This document shows positions 60,314-62,074 of a DNA stretch of 62,074 bases, piece after piece. Within the stretch, counting starts at the first letter, position 1; each line of letters opens with the position of its first letter. The stretch comes from a virus. The translations under genes were made by a program, and so were the position numbers. The notes under the pieces are model-generated. The model was not told the DNA's origin. It saw only the letters and a list, made by a program, of their open reading frames with translations, and did not search any database. Location of the stretch: the IMG/VR virus record IMGVR_UViG_3300045988_098821; one strand, 5' to 3'.

Positions 60314-60949
60314 TTACAACGCCGCCACCGTCATATCCATAATCTTTGTTGTGCCGATATATGGTTTTCTGTCTGTGCGCTTTTCGTATTCTTTAAATGG
60401 TTTCTTCTTCATAATGTGACAGCACTTCTCAGATGTATCAAATTTTGCGTCCAACAGAAACTTCCATTTTTTTGCCAAAACTCCGAACTTTCCACGCTCG
60501 TCCCCGTTCAGCAGATAGTTTCTATACCGATCTGATAAGTTCCCGTGTCGCAACTTATGTATTTTCAATGCCGTTTCTTTCGACACAAGCAGGAATCCGT
60601 ATTGGTCAACGACCTGTTTAAATGTAATCCTCTTTCCATCCTTTTCTCTCGGATATATCTCTACAAACACTCCCGGTGCTTTCCTTGCAAATCTCACGAT
60701 TTCTGGAAATTCCAAACCTGTATTGGAGAATACAGCTGGGACATCATTTCCTAATATTTTTCGGATCATATGTAGTAGCACTGTGCTATCAAGTCCAGCA
60801 GAATAGCTTAAATACACTTGTCCATCCCAGTTGTAATGCCATTCTCTTATACGGGTTTCTGTAAGCCGTAGCTTTGTTTCATATGGCAGATATTTTCTTT
60901 GCGAGAACTGCCAGTCATTTAGTTTCAAGTCATCTTCTTGTATATACAT
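60314..60949 (-). CDS. PAPS-reductase-family (PP-loop) protein, apparently C-terminally truncated
   Basis: 211 aa; VYLSYSAGLDSTVLLHMIRK...VFSNTGLEFPEIVRFA PP-loop pattern; ends soon after ...RKPYIGT, where family members normally continue. Confidence 0.6.
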   Translation of the reverse strand: MYIQEDDLKLNDWQFSQRKYLPYETKLRLTETRIREWHYNWDGQVYLSYSAGLDSTVLLHMIRKILGNDVPAVFSNTGLEFPEIVRFARKAPGVFVEIYPREKDGKRITFKQVVDQYGFLLVSKETALKIHKLRHGNLSDRYRNYLLNGDERGKFGVLAKKWKFLLDAKFDTSEKCCHIMKKKPFKEYEKRTDRKPYIGTTKIMDMTVAAL

Positions 60950-61009
60950 CTTCTCGAAAGGAGCCGATATATCTTTGCCCGGCCGGAGCTCCGCACTCCT
61001 TTCTGTAAT

Positions 61010-61282
61010 TTATTTAATTTCTAACAATACCGTTATAAGTTCCAACGTTCCATCCGCTTCTATCCATGCAATAGTCAGAAAATCATTTTCGTAACCCGGC
61101 GAAGAAAATCCATATTCAAATTCAACATTGAACAGAATTCCTTTTTCTTGCAGTGCGGATTTAATTTCTTTATCCATCTCCAAATCATTTCCGCTTTCAT
61201 CTTCACGATCTCTTGAATAGTATTCACCGTCTTCCCGATAATACTTTTCAATAATTTCTTCTATTAATTTTCTAATCATCAC
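61010..61282 (-). CDS. Acidic hypothetical protein (90 aa)
   Basis: ORF track. Confidence 0.55.
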   Translation of the reverse strand: MMIRKLIEEIIEKYYREDGEYYSRDREDESGNDLEMDKEIKSALQEKGILFNVEFEYGFSSPGYENDFLTIAWIEADGTLELITVLLEIK

Positions 61283-62074
61283 TTCACCTCATTAACAACT
61301 TTTCCGTCAATCATCGTGTACCATGTATCTTCTTTGATTGTTTCTCCGTCAACACGAACCATCACAGCATCTTTGAGCTCCCACATATCTTCTTTATAAT
61401 AGTTATCTGATTCTTTTCCTTTACACTTCCAGTCTGCAAGGACAAGGAACGAGCCTTTCACGCCTTTTGCTTTTCCTTTATATCCCCAAGCCACAGCTAC
61501 AGCGTTAGGGCTTTCTGCTGAGGATGCTCCTTTGTATCCTGTCGCTGAGGATGCTCCACAGTCTCCTGTCGCTGAGGATGCTCCGTAGTCTCCTGTCGCT
61601 GAGGATGCTCCTTTGTATCCTGTCGCTGAGGAAGCTCCGTTGTATCCTGTCGCTGAGGATGCTCCGTAGCTTCCTGTCGCTGAGGATGCTCCACAGTCTC
61701 CTGTCGCTGAGGATGCTCCGTAGTCTCCTGTCGCTGAGGATGCTCCTTTGTATCCTGTCGCTGAGGAAGCTCCGTTGTATCCTGTCGCTGAGGATGCTCC
61801 GTAGCTTCCTGTCGCTGAGGATGCTCCTTTGTATCCTGTCGCTGAGGATGCTCCTTTGTATCCTGTCGCTGAGGATGCTCCGTAGCTTCCTATCGCTGAG
61901 GATGCTCCGTAGTATCCTGTCGCTGAGGATGCTCCGTAGTCTCCTGTCGCTGAGGAAGCTCCGTTGTATCCTGTCGCTGAGGATGCTCCGTAGCTTCCTG
62001 TCGCTGAGGATGCTCCTTTGTATCCTGTCGCTGAGGATGCTCCTTTGTATCCTGTCGCTGAGGATGCTCCGTAG
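61279..62074 (-). CDS. Nonapeptide-repeat protein, 3' portion (repeat array + unique C-terminal domain)
   Basis: The frame giving G-[SDY]-[YKNC]-GASSAT reads through 62074..61512 into ...GASSAESPNAVAVAWGYKGKAKGVKGSFLVLADWKCKGKESDNYYKEDMWELKDAVMVRVDGETIKEDTWYTMIDGKVVNEVK, stop TGA 61281-61279. Confidence 0.8.
   Translation of the reverse strand, partial: YGASSATGYKGASSATGYKGASSATGSYGASSATGYNGASSATGDYGASSATGYYGASSAIGSYGASSATGYKGASSATGYKGASSATGSYGASSATGYNGASSATGYKGASSATGDYGASSATGDCGASSATGSYGASSATGYNGASSATGYKGASSATGDYGASSATGDCGASSATGYKGASSAESPNAVAVAWGYKGKAKGVKGSFLVLADWKCKGKESDNYYKEDMWELKDAVMVRVDGETIKEDTWYTMIDGKVVNEVK
61512..62074 (-). repeat. 27-bp tandem repeat array (right half): 1 degenerate + 19 full + 1 partial unit
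   Basis: Units start at 61539 + 27n; the last 50 nt equal nt 1-50. Confidence 0.97.

Noticed and set aside
61497-61694. Track ORF MEHPQRQEATEHPQRQ.. at the right-hand array.
   Set aside because: Same decoy frame as 55..531. The supported frame runs through into 61279..61494, which the track shows as a separate GTG-started ORF.

Overview
The window appears to be a complete temperate siphovirus-type phage genome from a low-GC Gram-positive (Clostridia/Bacilli-like) host. Host and functions are inferred only from motifs I recognise; no searches were run. The first and last 50 nt are identical, so the sequence closes into a circle of about 62,024 bp, and one gene (a 27-bp-repeat protein) spans the junction. 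Nearly all genes are on the minus strand. Reading down that strand: (1) a cro-like early operon with antirepressor, PD-(D/E)XK exonuclease, RecT-like annealase, RusA-like resolvase, SSB, replisome organizer and G39P-like loader; (2) the repeat protein; (3) about 20 small early genes (YopX, DUF551-like, truncated PAPS-reductase-like); (4) a sigma-r4/excisionase-type HTH protein and a Tn916-type tyrosine integrase beside attP-like arm repeats; (5) an accessory arm with a Q/G/N/Cys-rich cargo operon, RHH regulators, an ORF6N antirepressor, a 14-copy iteron array and a plus-strand XRE-controlled islet carrying an FtsK-like ATPase; (6) the late region, opening with a promoter-leader-terminator cassette: TerS-like, small genes including a tandem DUF2829-like protein, a 1.65-kb RNA island, TerL, portal, scaffold, decoration protein, lambda-E-like capsid, neck genes with an embedded holin pair, tail tube, chaperones, a 1369-aa tape measure and baseplate/fibre genes; (7) a complete diversity-generating retroelement (DGR) and a GH25 endolysin. 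A CI-like repressor lies on the plus strand. The observations most worth following up are: the RNA island (four tRNAs, a tRNA-like element lacking its anticodon arm, roughly 1 kb of helix-dense non-coding sequence, and a 10-nt hairpin loop complementary to two distant sites); the DGR, which has no recognisable Avd gene; two paralogous promoter-leader-terminator cassettes combined with strong terminators inside the late operon; the 27-bp repeat gene, whose ORF-track frames are decoys; and two small genes interrupted by in-frame stop codons.
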